Shown: one piece after another, positions 28,777 through 38,367 of the stretch | Layout: each line of letters starts with the position of its first letter | How positions within the stretch are numbered: the stretch's first letter is position 1 | Assembly: GCA_965116875.1 (NCBI GenBank) | Contig: OZ220733.1 | Coordinates: forward strand, 5,056,001 to 5,120,000 | From: Candidatus Latescibacterota bacterium | GTDB lineage: Bacteria; Latescibacterota; UBA2968; GCA-2709665 | Reading direction: 5' to 3' | DNA length: 64,000 nt | Position numbers and translations under genes: made by a program | The notes under the pieces: model-generated | Told to the model about the DNA's origin: nothing | Databases searched by the model: none | Seen by the model: only the letters and a program-made list of their open reading frames with translations

Positions 28777-29862
28777 ATGAGGCGCAATTTGAAACTCGAT
28801 GTGTTGCCGCACGACGCACGGAAACCGGAAAGATCGCCCGCCGTGCGTCAATCCTGGCTTTTTTATTGGATCCGATGGACGGTCGGCTTGTTGCTGGTCC
28901 TGATGATCGCCCTGCCGACAATGGCGGCAGATCAAGTTCGGAACCTGAAGTTCGGGTCAACGGCGTGGCCGCCGTTCACCAACGCGCCGGGGCAGCCGCG
29001 GTTCGCTTTGGATCTGGTTGAAGCGGCACTGGAACGCATCGGGTTCGCTGCCGAAACGGTCATCGTGGACGAGGCCAGGCTGACGCCCTCACTGCTGGGC
29101 GGCGAATTCGACGGAAGCGCGGCTGTGTGGAAGGACGTTGAGCGCGAGCGCGTGCTGATTTATTCGGAGCCGTATCTTGAAAACCGCCTGATTCTCGTTG
29201 GGCGGCAGGGCAGCGACGTGTCCGCGGCCTCTCTATCCGACCTCGCCGGCAAGCGGATCGCCCTGGTCGCCGGGTACGCGTATGGCGAGGCAGCGAAAGC
29301 GAAGGACGGCCCGATCATTGTTGGCTCGACCAGTGAAGAAAACAGCGTCGCAAAACTCCTCGACGGTGACGTGGACTACACGCTGATGGACGAACTTGTC
29401 ATCCAGTACATCGTAAGCAACCACGGGGAAGCAGCTCGAACGCGGCTGGCATTCGGCTCGGTGCCCCTGATCACACGATCGCTTCATGTCGCCGTGCGCC
29501 GGTCGCTACCGGATGCCGAGTCGATCGTCTCCCGGTTCAACGACGAGTTGCGCGGCATGATCGCTGACCGCAGCTACCATCGCCTGCTCCATCTTGATTG
29601 GATTCGCGCGGACGTGGACGGCGACGGTCTTATGGAGCACGTGCCTCGCCGCGACCAGGCCGCCCCACGCGCGCCGGAGCGTTCTTACGACCTGTTCACG
29701 TCGGGCGGTCCTGCCAAAGCGCCCGGCGCAACGCGGCGTTTCTACTTCGCTGGAAATATCTACGAAGGCTGGGCCAGCGTGCCTGGCAAGTTCAAGACCC
29801 TGGACTATGCCAGAGCCGAACCGGGGAGGCTCAAGGTCGATATCTTCACGTTCAAATTTTAG
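28777..29862 (+). CDS. Periplasmic substrate-binding protein (family 3-like) with C-terminal extension
   Basis: WPPF, YSEPY, L-DL-GKRI, GY-YG, L--G-VD motifs; DVDGDG in the tail; start uncertain. Confidence 0.75.
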   Translation: MRRNLKLDVLPHDARKPERSPAVRQSWLFYWIRWTVGLLLVLMIALPTMAADQVRNLKFGSTAWPPFTNAPGQPRFALDLVEAALERIGFAAETVIVDEARLTPSLLGGEFDGSAAVWKDVERERVLIYSEPYLENRLILVGRQGSDVSAASLSDLAGKRIALVAGYAYGEAAKAKDGPIIVGSTSEENSVAKLLDGDVDYTLMDELVIQYIVSNHGEAARTRLAFGSVPLITRSLHVAVRRSLPDAESIVSRFNDELRGMIADRSYHRLLHLDWIRADVDGDGLMEHVPRRDQAAPRAPERSYDLFTSGGPAKAPGATRRFYFAGNIYEGWASVPGKFKTLDYARAEPGRLKVDIFTFKF

Positions 29863-29941
29863 CGGGAGATGGATCCGAGCCCGTATCGCGAGAATGGGAA
29901 AACGAGGGATGTTCGGAATACCGGTTTGATCCGTCCCTCTT

Positions 29942-32383
29942 TCATTCATCTCGCAACGCGTCGATCGGATTGGATTGAGCTGCGCGGATTGCCTGAATAC
30001 TCACGGTCACGAATGCAATGATTAGAGCCAGTGTCGCGCTCACGACAAACGGCACGACGTTTAGGGAAATCCGATAGGCGAATCCGGATAGCCAGTCGCT
30101 CATCAGATAGTAGGCAATTGGCCAGGCGACGACGCTGGCAAGAAGAACGAGCAACAGGAATTCACGCGAGACCAGCATCACCAAATGTGATGAGGATGCG
30201 CCAAGTACCTTACGGACGCCGAGTTCCTTGGTGCGAGACTGGACCACAAACGCCGAGAGTCCGAATAGGCCCAGACACGCCACGAAGATTGCCAGCAACG
30301 AAAACACGCCGAGCATTCTTCCGGTGCGTCTCTCGCTGTGGTAGATCCACTCCATGAATTCGTCCATGAAGTAATATTTGAACGGCTCCTCCGGCACGAA
30401 GCGATGCCACTGCGCTTCTAGAAAAGCCAGGGTCTGCACGGTCCCTTCCGGTCGGATGCGTAGGTAAAGGGAATGGAAAAACTCCCAACGGGCTATATAA
30501 CCCAGGGGCTCTATTTCTTCTCTCAGTGACAAGCTGTGGTAGTCTTTCACAACGCCAATTATCGTTACAGCCTTGTTCTTGAAGGCAGGCGACTCGATCT
30601 GTCTGCCAATCGGATCATCTTCCCAGCCCAGCAGGCGCACGGCTGTCTCGTTCAGGATCATCGCTTCCGATGTATCACTTGCTACGTCGGGTGAGAATGC
30701 GCGACCACGGAGCACGGTGACTTCGAAAGTCTTAAAGAATGAATCATCAACTTCGTTGACACGAATCGTCTGCTCTCTTGTCCGGTCCCCGTCGGGCCAG
30801 ATCAAGCGCGGCCTACCACCGTATCCCTTAATTCTGTACCGCGCCGACGACGCGCTCAGCACATTGGGGTGTTCAAGAAATACCTGCTTCACCACCTGGT
30901 GCCGTGCCGACAGACGTTTTTTCGGATTCGGTTCCGCGAGAACATCATGATCGAAAATGGGTAAACTGACAATATGATCGCGTGTAAATCCCATATCTTT
31001 TGTGTCAATAAATCGCAATTGCTGATAAACGACAAGGGTGCAGATGACCAGCAATATGGACATGCCAAACTGAAAAACCACGAGTCCCTTCTTCAGCCAC
31101 GCCGTGCCCCACAACGAGAACGCGCCGCCTTTCAATGCGGTCACCGGACGTAAGGAGGAGAGGAATAACGCCGGATACGTCCCGGCGGAGAGTCCGGCCA
31201 AGATCGTCAATGCAATAACTGCCGGCGCACATGCCGACATAATTGCCACATCGATGTACAGATCGCTCTGCGCGAATTGGTTGAATAGAGGCAGGGATAT
31301 ATCTGCGAGCGCCAGGGCAATCAACAGCGCGATGCCGGTCAAGAGCAGAGATTCGCCCAAAAACTGGACCATCAGTTGCGGGCTGTGGGCCCCGACCATT
31401 TTTCGCACACCGACTTCGCGCTTTCGGGTGACAGCCCTTGCAGTCGCCAGATTGGTAAAATTCACGCACGCGATCACGACCACGATCATTCCGATGGTCG
31501 CGAGTATGTATATCCGTTGGATACGGCCGCCGGCCGCAGGATTGAAATCGGATTCCCCATACAGGTACATGCGGTGAATCGGCTGGAGATGAAACGCTGA
31601 ATTTGCCGCAACTTCATCCCCCATAAACCGCTCGATAAGCGTCTGCATTTTTGTTTGCAGGGTTTCGGGGTCATGTCCTGCCTTGAGTAGTACAAAAGTC
31701 TTCACCGGCCGCCAGGAGAGCATTGGCTGCCACATTGTCCACTTATCTCGCACTTCCGCGACTGGCGTTACCGTCGTAGAGAGGATCTGAAAATATAGTT
31801 CTGACGAGAGATGCGGCTCCTTTACGATTCCGGCAACCGTGAATTCGCCGGGGAACACGGTGCTTTCGATTGAGAAAGAACGGTCCATCGGGTCATCGTC
31901 GCCAAACAGGTGGTGCGCCAAGTCGTCGGTAATGACCACCGAATTGGGTGTATGAAATGCGATCTCCGGATCGCCTCGTATAAAGTCGAAATCAAAGACC
32001 CGCAAAAAGCCGTCGTCAACCAGCGCAAACTGATACTCACCCTTGCGCTCGCCGAATTGTGCGGACACGCGCCATTGCCACATACGTACGGTTTTTTCTA
32101 CTTCAGGAAACGACGCTTCCAATTCAGGTCCGAGCGCACCTGAGGTTCCGCTTTCATAGGTAGTACGGGTTGTTTTGCGCACTTCCCGAATCACTTTGTA
32201 AATCCGGTCGCCCAGAGTGTGAAATCGATCGACCGAAAACTCCTGGTTGACGTACAACAAAATCAAGATGCCACCCGCCAACCCGATTGCGAGTCCCGCC
32301 ACATTTATGGAGGTGTACAATTTGTGCCGTAGCAAATTGCGGACCGCGACAATCAGAAGATTCTTGATCACTGGTGTCTCCAA
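29942..32383 (-). CDS. ABC transporter permease, duplicated MacB/FtsX type
   Basis: IN-AGLAIG, ACVNF-NL...REVGVRK, LVVFQF, ACLGLFGL...RTKELGVRKVLGA, NPIDALR. Confidence 0.94.
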   Translation of the reverse strand: METPVIKNLLIVAVRNLLRHKLYTSINVAGLAIGLAGGILILLYVNQEFSVDRFHTLGDRIYKVIREVRKTTRTTYESGTSGALGPELEASFPEVEKTVRMWQWRVSAQFGERKGEYQFALVDDGFLRVFDFDFIRGDPEIAFHTPNSVVITDDLAHHLFGDDDPMDRSFSIESTVFPGEFTVAGIVKEPHLSSELYFQILSTTVTPVAEVRDKWTMWQPMLSWRPVKTFVLLKAGHDPETLQTKMQTLIERFMGDEVAANSAFHLQPIHRMYLYGESDFNPAAGGRIQRIYILATIGMIVVVIACVNFTNLATARAVTRKREVGVRKMVGAHSPQLMVQFLGESLLLTGIALLIALALADISLPLFNQFAQSDLYIDVAIMSACAPAVIALTILAGLSAGTYPALFLSSLRPVTALKGGAFSLWGTAWLKKGLVVFQFGMSILLVICTLVVYQQLRFIDTKDMGFTRDHIVSLPIFDHDVLAEPNPKKRLSARHQVVKQVFLEHPNVLSASSARYRIKGYGGRPRLIWPDGDRTREQTIRVNEVDDSFFKTFEVTVLRGRAFSPDVASDTSEAMILNETAVRLLGWEDDPIGRQIESPAFKNKAVTIIGVVKDYHSLSLREEIEPLGYIARWEFFHSLYLRIRPEGTVQTLAFLEAQWHRFVPEEPFKYYFMDEFMEWIYHSERRTGRMLGVFSLLAIFVACLGLFGLSAFVVQSRTKELGVRKVLGASSSHLVMLVSREFLLLVLLASVVAWPIAYYLMSDWLSGFAYRISLNVVPFVVSATLALIIAFVTVSIQAIRAAQSNPIDALRDE

Positions 32384-32509
32384 AGGTAGATTCTAGAGCA
32401 AGGAATATGACGACAACGCCCTGCCTACCGACCGTTTAATTCGGCTCGTTGAACACACTGTCGTGGATACCTGCCGGGTGTATCTCATCAATCGGTTGTG
32501 TAGCTCAAA

Positions 32510-32627
32510 AGCAATAATCCTGCCATAAGAATCAAATAACTAAATAACAATAGGTTATAAGATTCTTGAAAAAAGCGCCGGCTTGAAAGTGTTCGTTTTT
32601 GATACAGTAATGTCCGATTTCGATACA
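32510..32627 (-). promoter_or_regulatory. sigma54 promoter with AT-rich IHF-like site and two tandem enhancer sites
   Basis: Minus strand TGGCAGGATTATTGCT (GG-N10-GC, 32510-32525); TGTTCGTTTTTGATACA (32590-32606) and TGTCCGATTTCGATACA (32611-32627). Confidence 0.75.
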
Positions 32628-33068
32628 ATAGTAGTCGGCATGGGGGCGGCGTTGGTTTGTAGCTGCTCGTGATGATGGACAAGGACGATTTGCAGATGCC
32701 GGCATCCGAACAACACGATCCACAGTGACGAGGTACTGAGCTCGCCTCTCCAGTCGGGTGGATCCCCATTTGGCATCAGCCGTCGCCGTCCCTTCGACAG
32801 GCCAGGACACCGGATCAAGGACCTGTACGCATTCTGCGAATCCCCCGATGGGCAGCGGTTACACCATTGAAAGAGCGGGCGCATTCACTACCACCTTTTT
32901 GGGTTGCGGCTGAGTACGGCGACGCCGCACTGGCACATGCACCTGCCTGCTTTGCGGCGGAGGGGCGTTGTGATGCACAGATATAAATATCTTCACCACC
33001 TTAAAACCAGCTTCCCGCACGTCTCGATAGTGCAATGGACAGTGTTGTCTGCCTACAGGGAATGGCAA

Positions 33069-33881
33069 ATGGTGGGCCGAAGAATAGGGTCAACGGCGAT
33101 CATGCTCATGATTCTACTGCTTGCATCGGCGGGCTTCGCGACGGAACAAAGCGAAGGGAGCGTGGAGGACCTGCGTCGGCGCGTCTTGCAAGGCGAGGCC
33201 GAGGCGCAATTCCTTCTCGGGGCCATGTACGCGAGCGCACGCGGCGTGAAGCAGGACTTCGCTGAAGCGGTCAGATTGTTGCGTCTCGCCGCGAAACAGG
33301 GTCATGCCGACGCGCAGGCCAGCCTCGGATGGATGTACGCCCAGGGTCTGGGCCTGAATAGAGACGACGCAGAGGCCGTCAAATGGTACCGTGCCGCGGC
33401 GAATCAGGGACACGCGGACGCCCGGTTCAAGCTGGGAACGGCTTATTCCCGCGGTCGCGGCGTGCGAAGAGACCTCGAGAAAGCGATCGAAATGTATCGC
33501 TCCGCGGCGGCCCAGGGCCACGCCGGCGCGCAGTACCTGCTTGGGATCATGTACGCCAACGCCCGCGGCGTGCCCCGCGACTATACCGAGGCGCTCAAGT
33601 GGTTCCGCCTCGCGGTCGACCAGGGGTTTTCACGAGCCCGATCACAGCTGGGGATGATGTACGCCATGGGCCTGGGCGTGGAGCGGGACGACGTTAAAGC
33701 CCACGCGCATTGCAGCCTGGCCGCCGCTGCCGGAGACAGCCTGGGCGTCGTCGTACGCGACAACCTGGAGAATTCGATGACGCCCTCCCAGATCGCCGAA
33801 GCCCGCCGGCTTGCGAAGGAATGGAGCGAGGAAGCGAAGTCCAATCAGGAAAAATCGCAAAATTCAGGATCGACAGAATAG
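33069..33881 (+). CDS. Secreted Sel1-like repeat protein
   Basis: Signal peptide, then about five 36-aa AQ--LG-MY--G-GV--D--EA--W---AA-QG repeats. Confidence 0.92.
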   Translation: MVGRRIGSTAIMLMILLLASAGFATEQSEGSVEDLRRRVLQGEAEAQFLLGAMYASARGVKQDFAEAVRLLRLAAKQGHADAQASLGWMYAQGLGLNRDDAEAVKWYRAAANQGHADARFKLGTAYSRGRGVRRDLEKAIEMYRSAAAQGHAGAQYLLGIMYANARGVPRDYTEALKWFRLAVDQGFSRARSQLGMMYAMGLGVERDDVKAHAHCSLAAAAGDSLGVVVRDNLENSMTPSQIAEARRLAKEWSEEAKSNQEKSQNSGSTE

Positions 33882-34100
33882 ATAGTAAACCGCCAACCAA
33901 TTCCAACCGGGTCGCGATAGCAAGGTCACCCTAAAAAAACATAAAATTCCCTGCTATTTGTACTTCCTATATAGTCTCTTGCTGAATCGGGCACGCCGAT
34001 ATTGTCGACATTGACATTGGAAGTAAACTACTGTATTTTGTCACGAATTCGGAACTGTTTTCAGCCGAAAAATCGGTTTCGTTCCTGACTATTTGGAGAT

Positions 34101-34613
34101 GTGGATATGGCAACGCTTCCTCTCTTGGGCAGGCCGTATAGTTTCGTCGCAGAGTCTGCGCCGGTTTACACCGACGGTCGTAACCCTGGGGACGAGTCCG
34201 CCGATAGAGGATTTGTTCAGGATATTCGACGAGCTATTGACGAAATTAACGCAGTATCGCTAGAAAAAATCTCTGATCTTCAAGCTGCCCTGGAGTGCTT
34301 GGAAGAGACTCCGGAAGATTACCGTTCGTTGTGTAAGGACGGAGACGTAGAAACACTCATCAAGCAAATTGAGATCTCCGAAGCTGATGAAAAGAAGGCA
34401 AGGAAATACATCACCTGCTCCCAGAAACAACTGGAGAATACAAATGCAGCATTGGCTGGTAAACTCCGAGAGGCAGACGGGAATTTATACGACATAGTCT
34501 CTCTGCTTCAAGAGATCAGGTGGCGCATTATGATCCTCGATCGCGGAGAACAGCCAGGTTCCGGGAAGGTCTATGGTTCTGCAAAAGAAGCTCTTGATGC
34601 CTTATGGAGCTAG
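34101..34613 (+). CDS. Hypothetical acidic helical protein, putative antitoxin
   Basis: Ends 3 nt before the RelE-like gene; C-terminus GKVYGSAKEALDALWS resembles RelB-type antitoxin tails; TTGACA-17-TATTTT promoter near 34011. Confidence 0.6.
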   Translation: MDMATLPLLGRPYSFVAESAPVYTDGRNPGDESADRGFVQDIRRAIDEINAVSLEKISDLQAALECLEETPEDYRSLCKDGDVETLIKQIEISEADEKKARKYITCSQKQLENTNAALAGKLREADGNLYDIVSLLQEIRWRIMILDRGEQPGSGKVYGSAKEALDALWS

Positions 34614-34616
34614 GGA

Positions 34617-34958
34617 GTGCAGGGATTTCAATTACCTCCCATAAAGTCATTCCGGGTCTTTAGTGCCAGGTTCAAGAGAGACTTCAAAGGTCTACCGCCG
34701 GAAATCAAGGGTCAATTCGAGGCAGTCTTCAGTGAATTAGAAAAGGGAGCGTTGTCCAGGGGACGACGCCTAGAAAAAGTAGACAATGCTTTTACAGTTC
34801 GGTTAGACCAGAAATTCCGACTTGCCTTCTCCTTGTACAACGGTGACACCGTCGAACTTCTGGCAATAGGCAATCATGATCAAGTGTATGGATGTGTGAA
34901 CAGGACGCGAACGAAAAGAAAATCGGCAGAGCATCGACGAAGAAAACGGGAACGATAG
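34617..34958 (+). CDS. RelE/ParE-superfamily toxin (putative mRNA interferase)
   Basis: FSARFKRDFKGL...VRLDQKFRLAF...LLAIGNHDQVY; small and basic. Confidence 0.75.
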   Translation: MQGFQLPPIKSFRVFSARFKRDFKGLPPEIKGQFEAVFSELEKGALSRGRRLEKVDNAFTVRLDQKFRLAFSLYNGDTVELLAIGNHDQVYGCVNRTRTKRKSAEHRRRKRER

Positions 34959-34974
34959 ATTCGCGATGATTTAC

Positions 34975-35009
34975 AAAAGAGGCCCCCTGAATTGAGGGGG
35001 CCTCTTTTT
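34975..35009. terminator. Bidirectional intrinsic terminator
   Basis: AAAAGAGGCCCCCT-gaattg-AGGGGGCCTCTTTT. Confidence 0.85.
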
Positions 35010-35030
35010 GTAACGGTATTGGCGTAACGC

Positions 35031-35160
35031 TCACACCGGCTGCGGTTCGTACCGTTCGACCTTGATTTTATGTTCTTGCGCCTGCGCGACGTCGCAGACC
35101 GCCGGCAGTCGTCGAACAAGAAGCCCTCGCCAGCCGCACCACCATTACCCTGTGTTCCAG
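35031..35160 (-). pseudogene. Decayed HigA-type antitoxin 3' remnant
   Basis: Two frames give MVVRLARASCS and VRRLPAVCDVAQAQEHKIKVERYEPQPV*, matching [11 protein letters not shown]...[28 protein letters not shown] of the ORF starting at 38367. Confidence 0.65.
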
Positions 35161-35328
35161 GGTCGCGAACAGGAAGGCATCCCAATTCCGGCAAGATCTA
35201 CATAACGCAGCCACTTCGCGTTTCCAGTCAGCATAACGCATAGGTATCGTCCGTCATTACGTCAGCACGATGTGGATGCGTATTGTTTTCGGTTGACATT
35301 TTGCATTCTAATTGCATATTTTCAAGTC

Positions 35329-36552
35329 ATGCCCCATCACTACATCACGCGATCTCTTGAACCTGTCCTCAGAAAGGCGGCCGGCGAGTTTCCGGCCGTC
35401 ATCCTGACCGGTCCGCGCCAGTCCGGCAAGACAACACTCCTTAAACATCTGTTTCGCGAGCAGTTCCGCTACGTATCCGTAGAGCCACCGGATGTTCGCG
35501 CGGCTGCTACCGAAGACCCTCGAGGATTCCTGGAACTGTATCCCGCGCCGGCGATCTTCGACGAGGTGCAATACGCACCCGATCTGCTCTTCTATATTAA
35601 GGAGAAGATCGACGCAAACCGTAACCGAGCCGGTCAATATCTGTTGACGGGCTCCCAGAATCTGCTGCTCGTCCGGAACATAACCGAGTCGCTTGCGGGT
35701 CGTGCCGCGATTCTCCGACTCTTGCCGCTGTCGAGGCGTGAAGTCGAAGGGCATCCCCAGGCTCCCCTCGTCTGGGAACGCGAAAGCCGGTCATCCGCGA
35801 GTCCGCACTCCGGCTTCGGTGAATTGTGGCAGGAGTTTCTTCGCGGCGGTTATCCGGAACTCGCGACCCAGCCCGACCGGGATGTCTCTCTGTGGCATTC
35901 AAGCTATATTCAGACCTATCTCGAACGGGACGTGCGCGCGCTGCGGCAGGTCGGCGACCTGACTCTGTTTCAGAATTTCCTGCGGGTGCTGGCGGCCCGA
36001 AGCGCCCAGTCGCTGAATCTGTCCGACGTCGCACGCGACCTCGGTGTTGCCGTCAATACGACCAGGGCATGGCTTTCCGTACTCGAAGCCACCTATCAGG
36101 TCATCGTCCTTCGCCCGTACTTCGCCAACATCGGGAAACGGCTTGTCAAGTCACCGAAAGTCTATTTCAGCGACGTTGGGACCCTCTGCCACCTGGTCGG
36201 CCTGAAAGACCCGAACCATGCGGCATCGGGCCCCATGGGCGGTGCGATCATGGAGACCGCGGTACTGTCAGAAATCATACGGACGTTGACCCACCGTGGA
36301 ATAGACGCACGGGTGTATTTCTGGCGAACCCAGGCGGGAACCGAAGTTGATTTCGTGGTTGAAACAGGCGAAGGGCTCGTCCCCATCGAAGTAAAGCTGT
36401 CCGCCACACCCCGCCAGGCCATGGCCAACGCCATCAGGACATTTCAGGATGATTTGAAAACAAGGACCGGACCCGGATTCGTCATACATCCGGGAGACAT
36501 CCGCTTGCCGCTCGCACCGTCGGTTTCCGCCGTACCCTTCGCTGAACTGTAG
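35329..36552 (+). CDS. AAA_14 ATPase with DUF4143 and C-terminal PD-(D/E)xK-like domain
   Basis: GPRQSGKTT, FDEVQ, LTGS, ESLAGR, GGYP, K-PKVYF-D-G, EVDFV...PIEVK; TTGACA promoter just upstream (possibly leaderless). Confidence 0.92.
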   Translation: MPHHYITRSLEPVLRKAAGEFPAVILTGPRQSGKTTLLKHLFREQFRYVSVEPPDVRAAATEDPRGFLELYPAPAIFDEVQYAPDLLFYIKEKIDANRNRAGQYLLTGSQNLLLVRNITESLAGRAAILRLLPLSRREVEGHPQAPLVWERESRSSASPHSGFGELWQEFLRGGYPELATQPDRDVSLWHSSYIQTYLERDVRALRQVGDLTLFQNFLRVLAARSAQSLNLSDVARDLGVAVNTTRAWLSVLEATYQVIVLRPYFANIGKRLVKSPKVYFSDVGTLCHLVGLKDPNHAASGPMGGAIMETAVLSEIIRTLTHRGIDARVYFWRTQAGTEVDFVVETGEGLVPIEVKLSATPRQAMANAIRTFQDDLKTRTGPGFVIHPGDIRLPLAPSVSAVPFAEL

Positions 36553-36658
36553 CCTTCGATTAGCCTCAATATAGAAAAAACCCCGGAAGGGTTGAAAGGA
36601 GCCCCAGAGGAGATGCCGTCTTCGAGGTCTGGACTGTCGAATGCCATTCTTCGGTCGT

Positions 36659-38367
36659 TCAATGATACGCATGCTGAGCGATGGCTTCCACGAATTCAGG
36701 CGCTTCGATTTCTTCGAATCTCTTTTCGATGATTGAGACCGCGCCGGCTTTTTGCCAGGTTTCCCAATGTATCCGGAGGGTCGCGTGCACGTTTTCGGCG
36801 AGCCGGTCAGGCTCCGGGTGGACGATCACGAACCGTCGACCCTCCCTTCCGGCGTACCAATCCATCAACTCGTTGTTGACTCCCCTGTCGCCAAAGCCGT
36901 ATCCGCAAATTACCATTGTGTTCGCCTTTCCAACGGTCGACCTGAAGCAGTCCAGGAGTTCGCGAAATATCCCTGAGCCATCGTTCGAAAGCTTGTTGAA
37001 CGCGCCGATCAGCAGCATCCTCGGGATATCTTCCGCGTACAGAAAGGCGCCGTCAACCTCGATGCGCTGGGGATACAGATCAGGCGGGATGCGTCTGACT
37101 CTCCCGTCCCTGTAGCGGTACCAGTCTATAGAACCACGCAATTTCAGGAACGGAATCTTCACCTCCGATATGAGATCGCCGTTCCAGGGCGAAATGTCAT
37201 CCTCGCCGCCGGCAAACCCGTCGGCGAGCGAAACGTTCCTGTCCTTCAAAAACGCCTCGACGTGGGAATCGTGACAGAGCGTCGATATACAGGTTACGTT
37301 GAAGGCCTTACACGCGGTTTCGACGGCATTTAACCTTGATTCCTCATTTTTCGAGGACGTTAATTCGAATATGTGTCAGTAAAAAAGGCGATTTAACTGC
37401 TGATTACCAGGATACACCAGGACACTGTACGTGAACGGAAAAAATGTCCTTCATGACGACCATTTCGGCCCGTTTCGAAAGGTTTCGTCGCGGTGCCGCG
37501 TTGCGGCTTTTGCGGAATTAAGGTTAACTGGCGGGTGCGGTCCGGTTCGGGCCGGTAAAGCAGAAGGCTTCGCCTCACGACGTCCGCGATGTAGTTGCAC
37601 GTTTCCCCCAACAAGCCGCAAAGGTCGTCCGGAACGCCCGTCCGGGATGAATGTACTGCGGCTTCGCCTCTTGTCACGACTGTTTGGGTGAGTGACAGCC
37701 AGTTGGCCCTCAGCCTTTCCACAAACAGGCGAAGCGCCGGATTCTCCGTCTCGCCCAACTCATCATCCAGCGCCTGCCGCGCGAGGAAGTATATGTCCTC
37801 GTAATTGGCCTTCCGGTCGACGTATGTGGAAAGGTAAGACTCAGCCTCCTCATGAAGTCGCTTCACCATGCCCAGGGGTAATCTTACTTCCGCGGTTTTC
37901 GGTTCTTCGCCGCCGCTGATGTAAAAACACCCGTCGCCGTGCCGGGTAACGCCCCGTCCGGAAACAACCTGGTCGGTGAGGTCCTGCATCGAAGGGAAAC
38001 CGGCCGCTTCCGACGCGCCGGCGCCCAGAAACATGGCGATATTGGTATTCCTGTAGACGCCATGCCCTTCCCGCAGCCTGGGCGGGGGCTGATAGCGTTC
38101 GACCTGAATGCGTTCCTCCTGCCGCCGGGCTTGCAGAAGGTCGTGAGCCGTCTGCCTGCGCAACCAGTACTCGGCATCGGACCACCCGGCCTTCTCCAAT
38201 CGAATCGCCATTTCGGGCGAGATGCCCGCGTGTCCGTTGAGCACCCTGGACAGCGTGTGACGGGCCACGCCCAACACTCTCGCGGCGTCCGTGACGTTGA
38301 GGCAGAGCGGATCGAGCCAGTTCTCGACGATGCTGATACCGGGATGGGGCGGTTTCTCCATAGCCAT
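36659..38367 (-). pseudogene. HigA-type HTH fused to a SIR2-like domain, interrupted by a MITE
   Basis: N-terminal PPHPG...[13 protein letters not shown]...ISPEMAIRL; FLGAGAS; after MITE removal ISTLCHD, KLRGSIDW, ICGYGFGD; 1515 bp in frame. Confidence 0.82.
37334..37523. mobile_element. 190-bp MITE with TTAA target duplication
   Basis: TTAA-CCTTGATTCCTCA...TGCGGAATTAAGG-TTAA; excision restores the reading frame; homolog at 25289-25478. Confidence 0.88.
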
